NCBI RefSeq assembly: GCF_000143415.4
Contig: NW_003314273.1
Location: 816,074-880,073, forward strand
Length of the DNA: 64,000 nt
Direction: 5' to 3'
Source: Selaginella moellendorffii
Taxonomy: Eukaryota; Plantae; Lycopodiophyta
Part shown: positions 1-12,359 of the stretch, piece after piece
How the letters are laid out: every line of letters starts with the position of its first letter
Position numbering within the stretch: position 1 is the stretch's first letter
Notes under the pieces: generated by a model
Seen by the model: only the letters and a program-made list of their open reading frames with translations
Told to the model about the DNA's origin: nothing
The model's database searches: none
Position numbers and translations under genes: made by a program

Positions 1-930
1 GGCGAATGGATCACAACAAGGCGAACGTTATTTTTTTATGTCCCCGGATCTAGATGGTTGTCTGTGGCACTTCGTCAAAGAGACGCATGTGATCAGATTC
101 GCCATGCCTCTGTGGGACTTGTGTGAATTGTTGCTCGCTGCGCCACTTGCCGGGCACGGGGATTGCAGCGACGGCGCAGTCATGGAGCGTTACCAAAGGT
201 TTGGGGCCTCAGTGCGCTCTGTCTTGGTTCAGTACGAGAATACGATGTACGCCAACTGGTTTGATCAAGCCTTACAGACTGTGAGAAACAGAGCGCGGAT
301 CATGTACTCGATTCTGAACATAATGCCGGGGCAATTCGTAAGTGCTTTCATTCTTCATGTGAAGGTGGTCAGTGCAGATTATAAGGACAGCATGAGGGTC
401 GAAGCACCTCACATGTCTCAGTCGAAATTGGCTTGCACAAGCGTCGTACTCCAACAAAAATATCCCGACGCACCACATGCTCAAACCTCTTGCCCACTAG
501 AACCCTTTCCTGCTTGATGTCGTGATCTTTGAGATGCAGGAAACTGCCTGTAAGTGGAACTTATCCAAAGGCTTAAAGATGCTAATTTCAAGGGACAGTA
601 CGACATGACAGAGGCCAGTGAACGAGAGAAAATGGAAGATGAGGCTAAAGAGGAAGTAGAGCCAGAGATCAGCGAGGTTGAAGAGGAACAGGGATTGGTG
701 CAACTTAAGAGATCTCAAAAATGATTCGCTTTTTATTCTCTTATTATATTATGGACTAATGAAGTTTTGGTTACCATTAACAGGCAGTATCTTCAGGATA
801 TCATCAAGACCTACAACATTAAAGGATTCTACTTTGTTGTGCCGTATAGACTATCCGTATCAAAAGTTTTTATCATAAACTTTCTTGGCCTTGTGAGCTG
901 TGGGTCCTCGATTAACCGCGCTCGCAAAAG
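1..930 (+). pseudogene. Decayed paralogue of the Crinkler/RHS-type NTPase-REase gene (5' part outside window)
   Basis: ORF 38-517 shares MPLWDLCELLLAAPLAGHGDCS and ERYQxFGxSVRSVLV with 2650-4359. Downstream DNA has deleted or frameshifted remnants of the acidic linker and of the ttctactttgttgt and tttcttggccttgtgagct C-terminal segments. Confidence 0.85.
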
Positions 931-1854
931 CCCGGTAATCAGTATGTTCCAGGAGAAAACGTTTCTGTGCGATGTCTTGGAAAACTCAAGCTCCGCTTCG
1001 AGAATTTGGGTTGCAGACGAACTATTTCAAGTAGTAAATTAGATAATAGGTGATTGTTGTATGAGAAAAAAGTGACTATACTGATGCAAAACGTTGTTGC
1101 CGGATTTAATCGTTGCTGGAGATGAAAACTCTATCATTTATCTGTGTCTAATTCATCATTTATTCACTCAAAGCATACAAAACGTGAAAAAGGTATGAAG
1201 TTGTTACCTGATTTTCCCAAAGAGTAGCAGGGAAGAGTGAGAATTGCTAGTGGTGAAGGATGGATGCGGCTGCCTTGCCTTCTTCGCACAGCTGTCGTAA
1301 GGCTTTTTCGCAACGATTCAAGAAACCTTAGTGCGAAAGCATTGTCCCTCAAGCTACGGCTGGGTGGCGATCTGACCTTATCAAGGATCTGCTCCTAGTA
1401 AAGGTGAAATGATTTACACAATAATACATTTATTTAATATGAATCAAATATTTTAACAAACAATCCATGCAATTGTCTAATGCGTAAGAGCTGAAATACT
1501 GCGACTTTCTCTGGTAAGCTTGATCTCTGACTATGACGCCACCGCCCCCGCCACCTCACCGGGAGCACGCGAGGAGGACGTCGCCGCCCAAACCATCGCC
1601 AAAGAGGGTGCCGACAACTTCATCTCCGCAAGACCAGGAAGTCTATCACCTCTCAGCCACAAAACCTATATACTTTCAGCAAAGACGTTGAGGTCGGTGG
1701 TGGTCCCTGGTGTTGTGTGCTCTGTGGAAGGAAGGGTGGAAGAGTTCAGCCACCGAATGACAAACGAAATCATCAAACGTGTGCAATGAAGAATACCTCG
1801 AAGTTAGAATCTCAAGGTGCTTTACCCTGAACCCTAAAAGTGACTAAACGAAAC

Positions 1855-4359
1855 ATGGCGGTCTGCGTTACCGTGAAGTCTACCGATGGCGTGGTTCTGG
1901 GCGAGCGGAAATTCAAGCGTCCAAGGGTGTTGGATTATCTGCGGGACGCCTATGGGCGTGGGTGTCTTCTAGATGCTGATGGGTATGCAGTTTTGGACGA
2001 GAGTGTGGGAGGCGGCCAATACGTCTACGAACTAGGTTTGTTCTTGAGCTGAACTGAAGGGTGATCTTGGTTCTATGGCGGCTACACTTCCTGTTTTCTT
2101 CCTGGCTGTAAATGTGTTACTGCTGCTGCTATGTCTTCCATTTTGCACCTTGACTAATTTGTTTCTGTTACAGTGCCTACACTTCAGGCTGGACCAACAC
2201 TTGAGGCTGCGCCAGGTGCCCTTTTGTTGTTTGTGTGCTTTGGATCCAAGTGGTGTTTGCCTGCTCTTGTTGAGTTGGAGGATTCTCGGGTCAATGAGCT
2301 TACTGTCCGCTCTCATGCATGGTTTTCGCAATTTTGTGCCGTTGCCTCCCTGGGTGTGGTTTTCGCAATTTTGTGGTCTTGGTGTTACGAGACGTGTGTC
2401 CTTTGCTCCAGGAGTTTGCCTGGCCTGTTGTGACTCTTATGATATCGTGACCTGAGTAAGCTGCTTGCCTCGTGCTTGGATGTATGTTGTTCTTCCCTCG
2501 CTTCTGATAAATTTTGTTCTGTTCCAGCGCCTGTTCCTCCTCCATCAGGTGGGCACTTCTTGCTTTGTGCTTTACTTTGGCCCTCGTAGAAATTGCCCGC
2601 TTTGTTTCGATTGCTTCTTCTCATGGCCTGATATTTTCTTCCACTTGCAGTGGTATATGACCTGCGGCCTCTGTGGGAGAGAGTCAGGGAGGCGAAACTC
2701 GCAGTAGTGACAAGGAAAATGCGCACCGAGCTCGTCACGGCCGCGGTGACAACCGATTTCAAGCGGGAAGAAACAAGGAATGCAGCGAGAATGATTCAAG
2801 ATTCGAGGACTGTCAGCTTGACGACGTTAACTCTTCCAGAGGGGATCACTTTTATGGATTCCCAAATCTCGATCATTATGATCCGGAAGGTTTACATATT
2901 TCTCGCTCAAGCTGCGCTCACGATGCTCAAGGATTCTGGAAAGCACATGCAAGTTAAAGGTACTCCAGGCACTGGCAAGACGGTTTTTGGCTTCTACTTG
3001 TTTTACAAGCTGCGGATGGATCCTGTGTTTTCGAATTGGACTATTATATGGGAGCAGGGGTCCAAGCATGGCCCAGGTACAAGTTATTACTTCAGGGCAA
3101 ATGAGCTGCTGCAGGGAAAGACCGGGGACTTCGACCGTCGAATTACAAAAGACACTGTTTTTCTGGTAAACGGTCCGGAAGCAACACTGCGAATGGTTCA
3201 GAATAAGGCGCACGTTATTTTCTTCATGTCCACGAAGGATTCGAAGGACTGTATGTGGCAGTTCGAGAAAGATACGGACCTGGTCACATTCTACATGCCC
3301 CTGTGGGACCTGTGTGAATTGTTGCTCGCTGCGCCACTGGCCGGGCACGGGGACTGCTCCGAAGCAGCAGTTAGGGAGCGTTACCAAAAGTTTGGCGGCT
3401 CGGTGCGCTCTGTCTTGGTGAGGCACAACAACCCGAACTACATCTGCAGGTTTGCTCGAGCCTTAAACACCGCGAAAGACAAAGCCCGGATCATGTACAG
3501 GATTGGGAGCATGTTGCATGAGAAGGACGTAAGTAGTTTCATTCTTCATTTGAAGGTGGTCAGTACAGATTTGAAGGACACCATGGTAGTGTTTGCATCT
3601 CAATACGTGGAGGAGCAACTTTCGTTGCTTGAAGAGGAAGAAGCTACACAACGGGCTATAGAGTATATAAGACAGAATCAGGGTATCAAGGACGAAAGGA
3701 TTCTCGTGGGCAAGAGGTTTGAGCATTTGGTGCATCAGCTTTTTCGCTCGGACGCTTTTGGAAACCACGTCTTCCAAGCACGGCGCTTGCACAAGCCAAT
3801 TTCGATTGAGGAGCTTCGAAGTTTTTTGAGACGGAGGGATCTGCCTGTAAGAGAGAGGAAAGCTGCGCTTATCCAGAGGCTGAAAGATGCTGACTACGAA
3901 ATGGAAGAGTGGCCAGTGATCGAGGACAAACAGGACATGGAAGACGAAGTGGAGCCAGAAGACGAGGTTGACGAGGAAGTGGCTGCAGAGGAACAGGAAG
4001 CGGTCCGGTTTAACTGCCAGGGGAAGTTTCAGACCTTCAAAAGCTTGGACGAGATTGACCCCAAGTCTAGGGGTTACTTCAAGCCTGACGCTCGAAATAA
4101 TCCGCTATTCGATTCAATTATTCTATTAGGTGATGGCCATGCCCTTCAGGTTACCATCAACGATTGCCACCAAGCCAGCGCCAAGTACATTGATGAGCTT
4201 ATCAAGAGGTACAACCTCAAGCGCTTCTACTTTGTTGTACCGCAGGAAATGTTGGAGAGCTACCCATACCAGAAGCTGGTACTAGGATTGCAGGAGGTTT
4301 CTTGGCCTTGTGAGCTCTGGGTCCTTGGAGTGCGCTGGACCGTTTTAAGCACTAAATAA
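1855..4359 (+). CDS. Crinkler/RHS (CR)-type protein: N-terminal header, P-loop NTPase, PD-(D/E)xK-like REase with inserted SAP motif. Predicted exons 1855-2035, 2174-2215, 2528-2548, 2651-4359
   Basis: Walker A GTPGTGKT; Walker-B position FLVNG; FGGSVR arginine-finger-like motif; REase motifs GKRFEHLVH, YFKPDARNNPLFDSII and LQVTINDCH; SAP-like SIEELRSFLRRRDLPVRERKAALIQRLKD. GT-AG phase-1 junctions join the exons in frame. AACCCTAA telobox-like site at 1830-1837. Upstream exon structure is predicted by eye. Confidence 0.8.
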
Positions 4360-4644
4360 CTCACCTTAGGTTGCCTGTTTTCTAGTGTATTAGAATGTTC
4401 TTGGTGGGTGTTGATCTTCCACCGGCTTGACAGTTGTGGTGAATTGGTTTAATTTGGAGGCTCATCTCTTGCTAGATGGACTCACTAGAAGGTGTTCCAA
4501 TTTTTCAATCATGAGGGGGAAAAGCTGCAAGTCACTACAACATCAAGGTGCGTGTGTTGGTCAGCTGCCATGAGCTTTGTGACATTCGTATCTATGATTC
4601 AGCCATGCTGGGCTTGTAGATCACCATAATCCAATTATCTCTAC

Positions 4645-4997
4645 CACTTTCCAGTGAAAGATCTTCTGCTGAGAACAAACGTAGCTCCTAGCAAGCTCAC
4701 AACCATCTTGTTGCGATCAAGAACAATGTCCTTTGCAAGAACAAGTTCTATGGGCCTAGTGAGTGATTCTCAGTTTTTACTTGACTAATCAGTTTAATGT
4801 GGAGGCTTGTTGTCCTCCGCAGTGATTGCTTCACTCCTACGTCGGGAATATGGCTTTCGCATCAAGCTCCACTCTGCATTGAGCATTCTGCGAGCTCTTT
4901 CTTGATGAGGAGGACGTTGTTCTTGATCGCAACAAGATGGTTGTGAGCTGCTTGGAGCGACGCTTGTTCTCAGCACAAGATCTTTCACTGGGAAGTG
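4645..4997. repeat. Inverted repeat (~87-bp arms, 4645-4732 and 4911-4997) with ~180-nt spacer
   Basis: 33-bp perfect core agctcacaaccatcttgttgcgatcaagaacaa (4694-4726) pairs with 4917-4949; the flanks pair with few mismatches. Confidence 0.9.
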
Positions 4998-5714
4998 ACA
5001 TCAAAAATCCTCCACAGTGATTGCTTCACTCCTACGATGGGAATATAGCTTTGCCGCCAATTGAAAGGAAATAATACACAAGCTGATTGCGGGACGTTCC
5101 TGGAACTTTATAACTCGAGGTAGAGTATGATTTTATCGTTCTCGGTTCAATTCCATTTTTCTCACAGGAGATTTATTGGAGCACGATGATCTCGAAATCT
5201 CACTTCGAGTACAGACTGCGAGCTCTTTCTCATGAAAGTTACAACAAGAGCACACTCATAAACATTCCATTTTCATCTTTGAGTGTTGAGAACTACAGCT
5301 CTCATCATTCTTTGAACAGCTTGGACGAAGATCGCCATTTCGTTCCTTCTCGCACGACGATTGGGTTGAGTGATTCTGCTCGTGGCGCGATCAGATCGAT
5401 CGCGTTTCTAGCTCTATCATCTTCTTCTTCGTCTTCCCTTCGCAGGCGCCGAAGATTTCGTTCCTCCGCCGCCTATTGTCGCTGGGACTTCTTGGACCAT
5501 CAATCCAATGCAAAATATCAAATATTTCTATGGCGGGTTAGGGTTGAGCTTGGGTTGGGTGTGATGGCGGTGATTGAGCGGCGCCGCGCTTCGCTGAGGT
5601 ATGTGGCGGCGCGCGGGCATTTCTCGAGTGATTCTCGGCCGAGAAATTGACTTTTGGAGCATGCAGGGGATGATGACCTTGTAGGCGCCGGTGGTTGGAT
5701 TTGCGATTCCAGGC

Positions 5715-8700
5715 ATGGCTGCTCACTGTGGCATCTCGCGGATTGCCATTCCAGCTCCTCCGGCACAGTGTACACCGAGTCGAGACCAGATTAGCGGCAA
5801 GAGATCGTGCTCGTTAGTCGGTCCCAGTGGCTGCGTTGCGCTCTCTATCAGCAATCACGACGAGCAACGCCGGAAGAACAGATTAAAGTCGCGGATTTTG
5901 GCCTCCAAATTCAGGTCTGGGATTTTCTTGCTCTAGTTTTTGGATTCAAACATTGCTGCGTGTGTGCCAGCAGATTAGAAGGCGGTGTGTTGCACGATAG
6001 TTCCTTCCATGGAAGAAGATTTTTGGATCGTTCCAAAGGCAGCCATGAACAACGTCTTTCCTCGTGCTGTTGTTCGTCGTCTACCACAACTACAAGTAGT
6101 TTCCAGGCCAGATTGAGAAGCCGCGGCTTGAGTTGGATGCAATGTCCTGCCAGTCCCAGAGTCCCATTGCTCAATCGTCCACAAGTATCAACTTCGGTAC
6201 GCTTCGGACCTTTTTCTTTTTCCACTTCTGTCCTGTGTGTTACTGACGCGAGGAATGCAGGCAGTTGCACGAGCATCAGTCGGACCGACGGAACCTCAAG
6301 CGACAAGCTTGAAATGGTTGAATGATGAGAAGGTTTCGGAGAAGGACAGCGAGGGTGACGAAAGTAGCACGAATGGAATGCTCGGTATAGAAGATCATTT
6401 GAAAAATATGCTTCCTTCACACCCAAAGCTACACCGGGGACAGTTGGACAACGGCCTGCGCTATGTCATTCTGCCGAACAAAGTACCTCCAAACCGGTAT
6501 GATATCCTCTCTAGCTTCTTTATAAGTGATTGGAACTCGTTTTTCCAGATTTGAAGCTCATATGGAAATGCATGTCGGGTCTGTGGATGAAGAAGAGCAC
6601 GAGCAAGGCATAGCGCATATGATTGAACACGTTACATTTCTGGGAAGTAAAAAGCGTGAAAAGCTTCTGGGAACTGGTGCCCGTTCTAATGCGTACACCG
6701 ATTTCCACCACACAGTGTTTCATGTTCATTCACCTGTGACCGCACAGGGAACCAACGAACCCCTTCTTCCTCTTGTGCTTGATGCTCTACACGAGGTTCG
6801 CAATCTGTATTCTATATCCGCTTTTTTTTAATCTTTTGTCGTACAGATTGCTTTCAAACCAAAATTTCTGGCTTCACGAATCGAGAAAGAAAGAAGTGCC
6901 GTTCTTTCAGAGTTACAAATGATGAATACAATCGAATACCGAGTAGACTGCCAGGTATAGTGCGATTAGGCATGCATTTCTTTTTGTCTTATGCTGCTAT
7001 TGCAGCTTTTGCAACAACTGCACTCGGAAAATCTACTGGGCTACAGGTTTCCCATTGGTTTGGAGGAACAAATCAAACAATGGGATGTTGAAACAATCAA
7101 AGCGTTTCATGATAGGTGGTACTTCCCTGCGAATGCAACCTTGTTCATAGTTGGCGACATTGGCAGTGTGGGACGAACTATAGAGTTGATTGAGGTCAGT
7201 TGATGAAGTTCATATTTTTATAAGCTGACAATGAGGGCATTCGCATTTGAAGGCGCAATTTGGCTCAACTCCTGCTGGATTGCATCATGCGAACCTGGCT
7301 AGTCCGCTAGCTAATATTCTAGCATCCGCTTCACAACAACTACCGAAACTTCAAAAAGGATTGGCAGGCCCAACAGCCGTTGATCCTCCTCCTGTTTCAT
7401 TCTTATCAGCGCCGACAAGAAAGGAAAGGCATGCAATAAGACCTCCTGTTAAACACAGCTGGTCTTTACCAGGGATAAGCGGAGAAAACAAAGTGCCATA
7501 CATCTTTCAGCACGAACTTCTTCAGAATTTCTCGCTGAACCTTTTCTGTAAGGTATGGACTCTCATCAGTATCTTTCCACGCGAGAAGTAACGGCTTGTG
7601 TATGATTTCGCAGACACCCATCCAAAGAGTCCAAACTTATTCGGATATACGCGACGTATTGATGAGAAGAATTGTCTTGTCCACATACCAATTTCGAATT
7701 AGTACACGCTACAAGGTTTGAAGTAGCAATTTTTGACGAATCGAGCTTACTGGTTGTATTGAATCAGAGTGCCAATCCACCTTTCATCAGTATAGAGCTG
7801 GATCATAGCGATTCTGGACGAGAAGGATGCACTGTTACTACTCTTGCCGTCACTGCGGAACCGAAGGATTGGTCCGGAGCGCTCAAAGTTGCTGTCCAGG
7901 AGGTCTTGTTCATTGTGCAGTAGAGGAATCTAACATACTAACACATTTTCCTACAGATTAGCAGATTAAAAGAGCACGGAGTCACTAAAGGAGAGCTGGC
8001 AAGATATTTGAATGCTCTTCTAAAAGACAGTGAACATTTGGCAGCCATGATTGACAGCGTTCCATCAATTGACAATCTGGACTTTATCATGGAAAGTGAT
8101 GCAGTTGGACATACTGTTATGGATCAACAGCAGGGTTATGAAGCGCTGCTCGCTGTGGCTGATAGCGTGACTCTTGAAGACGTAAGACTTCTCTCCTCTA
8201 ATTTTGTTTCTCACTCGTGTTTCGTCCAGGTGCATGCCACGGCGAAGTCCATGCTCCAATATGTTGCAGACTTTGGAGATTCAAATGCACCTGTACCTGC
8301 TGCAATTGTGGCCTGTGTTCCGAAGTCGCTACACGAAAATGGCCGAGGGGACATTGAGTTTAAAATAACCCCGGATGAAATTGTGGAATCTATCAAATCC
8401 GGTTTAAGTGAGCCATTGGCACCTGAAGCAGAGGTAATGTATCTTGATCATCTCCAGTAAATTAGTCAACACGTCGCTTGTTTGTTTTGCAGTTTGATGT
8501 CCCGGACGAGCTGGTATCAGCTGCAGAGCTATCGACGCTTAAAATGCAAAGAAAGCCATGCTTCGTTCCCGTTACAGATGGTGGAACACTTTTGAAGATC
8601 GTCAACGAGCAGACAGGGATTGTCATGCGACGGCTATCAAATGGAATGCGTGTCAATTACAAGGTATTTTTTTGCTTGATTTCAAGGCGTAAGCCGTTTA

Positions 8701-10830
8701 ACACCACCATTGCAACAGATTACTCAGAACGAGGCTAAAGGTGGTGTGATGAGATTAGTTGTCGCAGGCGGTAGAGCTCGTGAAACTTCAGATGCAAGTG
8801 GAGCTGTTGCAGTCGGCGTTCGAACCTTCAGTGAAGGCGGTGTCGTGGGTGGATATTCAAGAGAACAGGCATGTATTGCTATAGACGACATCCGGATATA
8901 TTAACACGCCTTGGTGTTGATTATACAGGTGGAGTTGTTCTGCGTTACTAAACTCATAAATTGCGTGTTAGAGGCGGACGAGGAGTTCATGTGCATGGAC
9001 TTCCATTTTACAATGCGTGATGGAGGAATGAAAGCAGCGTTCCAACTTCTTCATCTTGTCATGGAGGTAACAGTACGTTGTAACAGGTTTTTCCGTTTGA
9101 GACATGAAAAGTTTTCTTTCTGTGCAGCGGAATGTTTGGCTAGAGGACGCTTTGGACAGGGCAAAGCAATTGTACATGTCGCATTTCCGGGCTATGCCTA
9201 AGAGCCTAGAGCGAGCAACGGCTTACAAACTTATGTGTGCGATGTTTGATGGAGACGAGAGATTGCTCGAGCCTAATCCCTCAGCCATCGAGAAGTTGAC
9301 ACTGCCAGTTGTAAGAGAAGCCGTGATGAAGCAACTGGTGACGGGCAATATGGAGGTAAGTGGCCTGTATCTTTCCCGCAAAGACTTAAATTGTTTTGTG
9401 AAACAGCTATGCATCGTTGGGGATTTCTCAGAGCATGACATCGAAACATGTATATTGGATTATCTGGGGACAGTTGCGCCAGAAAAGGACGTGCCTGCGA
9501 GGAAAGAAATCGAAGCCAAAGAGAAGCCAGTTGTTATCAATCCGTCTCCTAAACCTGAAGTCTGCAATCAAAAGGTCTGTGCTATATTTCCTGTACTTTC
9601 TGTAGAATGACGTGCCTAAGCCGTGCTTTGTTTCTTATCAGCTCTTTTTGAAGGACACTGATGAAAGGGCATGCGCTTACGTCGCTGGGCCAGCACCAAA
9701 TCGATGGGGCTATACAGTAGATGGTCTCGATCTCAACGTTCTTGTGGAACCCGTCCCGAAGAACTTAACAGGTAATTCCGTTCTTTTCTGAACCATTGTC
9801 AAAGAGCTCTTTGGATCCAGAACAACAAGCCCGTGCTTTGGCTCCCCCGGGTGTTGAAGTGATACAAAAGCCCGGGGAGACTGGATCGTTTTGGAAAAGG
9901 CCTCGACACCCGCTTTATGGATCTGTTGCTATGACGTTGTTGGCCGAAATCATAAATGCCAGGTATCGTCCTTCTTTCCAGCCGCAGTCACTCACAGCAG
10001 CTCTTGTGTTGCAGGTTGTTTACCAATGTCAGAGACGCTCTTGGACTGACTTACGACGTATCGTTTGAGTTCCGTCTGTTCGACCGTTTGAAAGGTGGCT
10101 GGTTTGTGATTTCCGTGACTTCGACACCGACCAAGGTTTTGATTTCCGTGCTCGTTATGTACACACCTGATCATTCCTGTTGAACTGCTGTCCAGATCCA
10201 ACGTGCTGTTGAAGCCTCGATAAACGTTTTGAAGGGACTCCACTCGAATCAAATCACTCAACGTGAATTAGACAGAGTAAGGCAATTTTTCCTTGGGTCG
10301 TGCACAGGCTCACAAGCTAATTCCAGGCGAAGAGGATTTTGATGATGAGACACGAATCGGATTGCAAGGATAACAAGTACTGGCTGGGGCTGATCACGCA
10401 TTTGCAAGCTCCGAGTGTTGGTAGAAAGGTAAGAAAAGCAGCAAATGATATTTTATTTAGATGACATCTCATCTTTCTCGTATTATTTCTTTCAGAACGT
10501 CAGCTGCATCAGAGACCTCGCTTACCTCTACGAGCTGGCCACAATCGATGACGTCTACAATGCGTACAAGTTCTTGGGGCTCGACGAGAAAAGCGTGTAC
10601 ACGTGCATTGGTGTCGCCGGTACCGATACGGATGGTGGAGGAGGCGACAGTGCTTTGACGCTGGAAGAAGACACCGGTACAGTGATAATGCCCTCACTTT
10701 TCTGTTTGTATTTCCTTGCTTCTCGTGCTCTCTACTAAGACTGGTTGCAGTGGAAGAACTACCAGTTGCGTTGCCTGGCTCGCATTTCCAAGGACGAGGC
10801 ATGTCGACGATGACTCGGCCAACAACGTGA
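5715..10830 (+). CDS. SPP: Stromal processing peptidase, chloroplast (M16 metallopeptidase), multi-exon
   Basis: Inverted Zn motif HMIEH in GIAHMIEHVTFLGS; LHRGQLDNGLRYVILPNK; C-terminus GRGMSTMTRPTT; S/R-rich transit-like N-terminus; many short introns. Start codon inferred. Confidence 0.93.
8869..8928 (+). other. GC-AG intron in SPP
   Basis: CAG|GCATGT...TATACAG|GTG; removal joins GGYSREQ to VELFCV, continuous with the conserved SPP sequence. Confidence 0.75.
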
Positions 10831-12107
10831 TCATCCTTTCGCTGGGAGAGAGCTCTTGGGTAACACCAAACAGCGAAAATCTCCCGCAACACCGTTTACG
10901 CATTACTGGAAGGTACGTGTGTTGCTTTTCTGCTTTTCCTTTCCTTTGTTTTTGTTTGAGCTGTAGCTTGACTTGATCTTCCGTCCTTATCAGAGACAGC
11001 AGACAGGGAGGGGACTTGTAGACCTCCACTTTTCCGAAAAGCCGAGCTGTTGTTACACCAGATGTACTTATAAGCTGCCGCATCGCTGATTGATTCACAC
11101 ACTCAAACACAGAGAGAGAGACACACTGTAGACACACAGACGAGGACCTCACGCAAGTTAATGGCTAGAGTCTGGATGGACAAAGCATATTGACAAAGTC
11201 GTTAAAAAAAGGAAGAAGAAAGATCTGGCTTTGAGAGGTAACCATCTCTGAGATGCTCGTCCCCTCTAACTTGACAGGGATAATTCGCTTGCCGCCATTA
11301 GAGGTGATGCCTTTCGATAAACTCATGGAAAGAAAATGCTTGTTAAGTCAAAACCAGCGAATCTTCCAAGCTCGCCAGCGATTCCCCGGTCGCCCAAAAA
11401 GGCCACGGACAAGCGCAGACCCCACTCACCACTAGCGAGCTTTGTTCCATATATTTTATCTCTCTCTCCCTGTGTGTGTGTGTGGGGGCTTTTCAGGCTT
11501 GGATCAAACTCTATAGTTTTTAAGCGAAGAAACTCCCACTCCCAGCGAGAAGTTTTTGATGTTATTGTTGCATTGCAAAGCGTGCCAGAGATCCAATCAA
11601 AGCGATTTGACTTAAGCAAACTGGAGTGACAGGGTCAAGAAGTTTTTTTTTTAAAGCTGGGCTTGGTTTAGTTTAAAGCGAAAGCATGCAGCTATGGAAG
11701 CGGTCGGTCGCATTGCTCATCACGCGTCGGCGCGATAACACAGGAAAGATGCGCCCGCGAATATGCTGGCTCCAATGTTTTGCCTAATCAATCACCATAC
11801 TCAATGACTCGAATCAGCACTCACGAAGACACCACTGACAGTCATGTTTCAATCAATCACACTTCTCCTCCTCCGTTAAAACGAAGGCTTTTCTTCTTCT
11901 AACGAAGGTAGCCTAAGCATTTGTTTTTCCAGTGTCCTTGTGCTTTGCTTGTGGAGGAAAGAAGAATTCCAGAAAGAAAGAAGCTTTTGGCTTTGTTATG
12001 TTTTGGAGAGCGATCGCCTCCCCTCCCCCCTCTCACTCTCTCACTTTCTCTTTGTCTCTTCTCTCCCCCTCGATCCACCAAATTGGCCGAAATTAAGAGA
12101 GTGGAAG

Positions 12108-12359
12108 ATGGTTCCTCGCCCTCCCAATGCAGCTATTCTCCTCTTCCTCGCGCTCGCGCTGATTCTCGCCGCTTCCGCCGCTCGCATTCCTCGTTTGCCC
12201 GCGAATTCTCCCTCGCCCAATTCCGGCGCGCGCAAGTCGAGCGGGGCTCCGCTGTCCAATGCGCTGCGCATCCCGCCACCGATCGATCCCGCCTCGTCGG
12301 TCTTTGGTGCGTCCAAGCGGCTGGCACCCACGGGTCCAAACCCACTCCACAACAGGTAG
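12108..12359 (+). CDS. CLE: CLE (CLAVATA3/ESR-related) peptide precursor, 83 aa
   Basis: Signal peptide AAILLFLALALILAASAA; C-terminal CLE box RLAPTGPNPLHN followed by R-stop and preceded by FGASK; intronless. Confidence 0.93.
   Translation: MVPRPPNAAILLFLALALILAASAARIPRLPANSPSPNSGARKSSGAPLSNALRIPPPIDPASSVFGASKRLAPTGPNPLHNR

Noticed and set aside
5186-5650. 154-aa ORF upstream of SPP
   Set aside because: No recognisable motif; likely promoter or UTR sequence.
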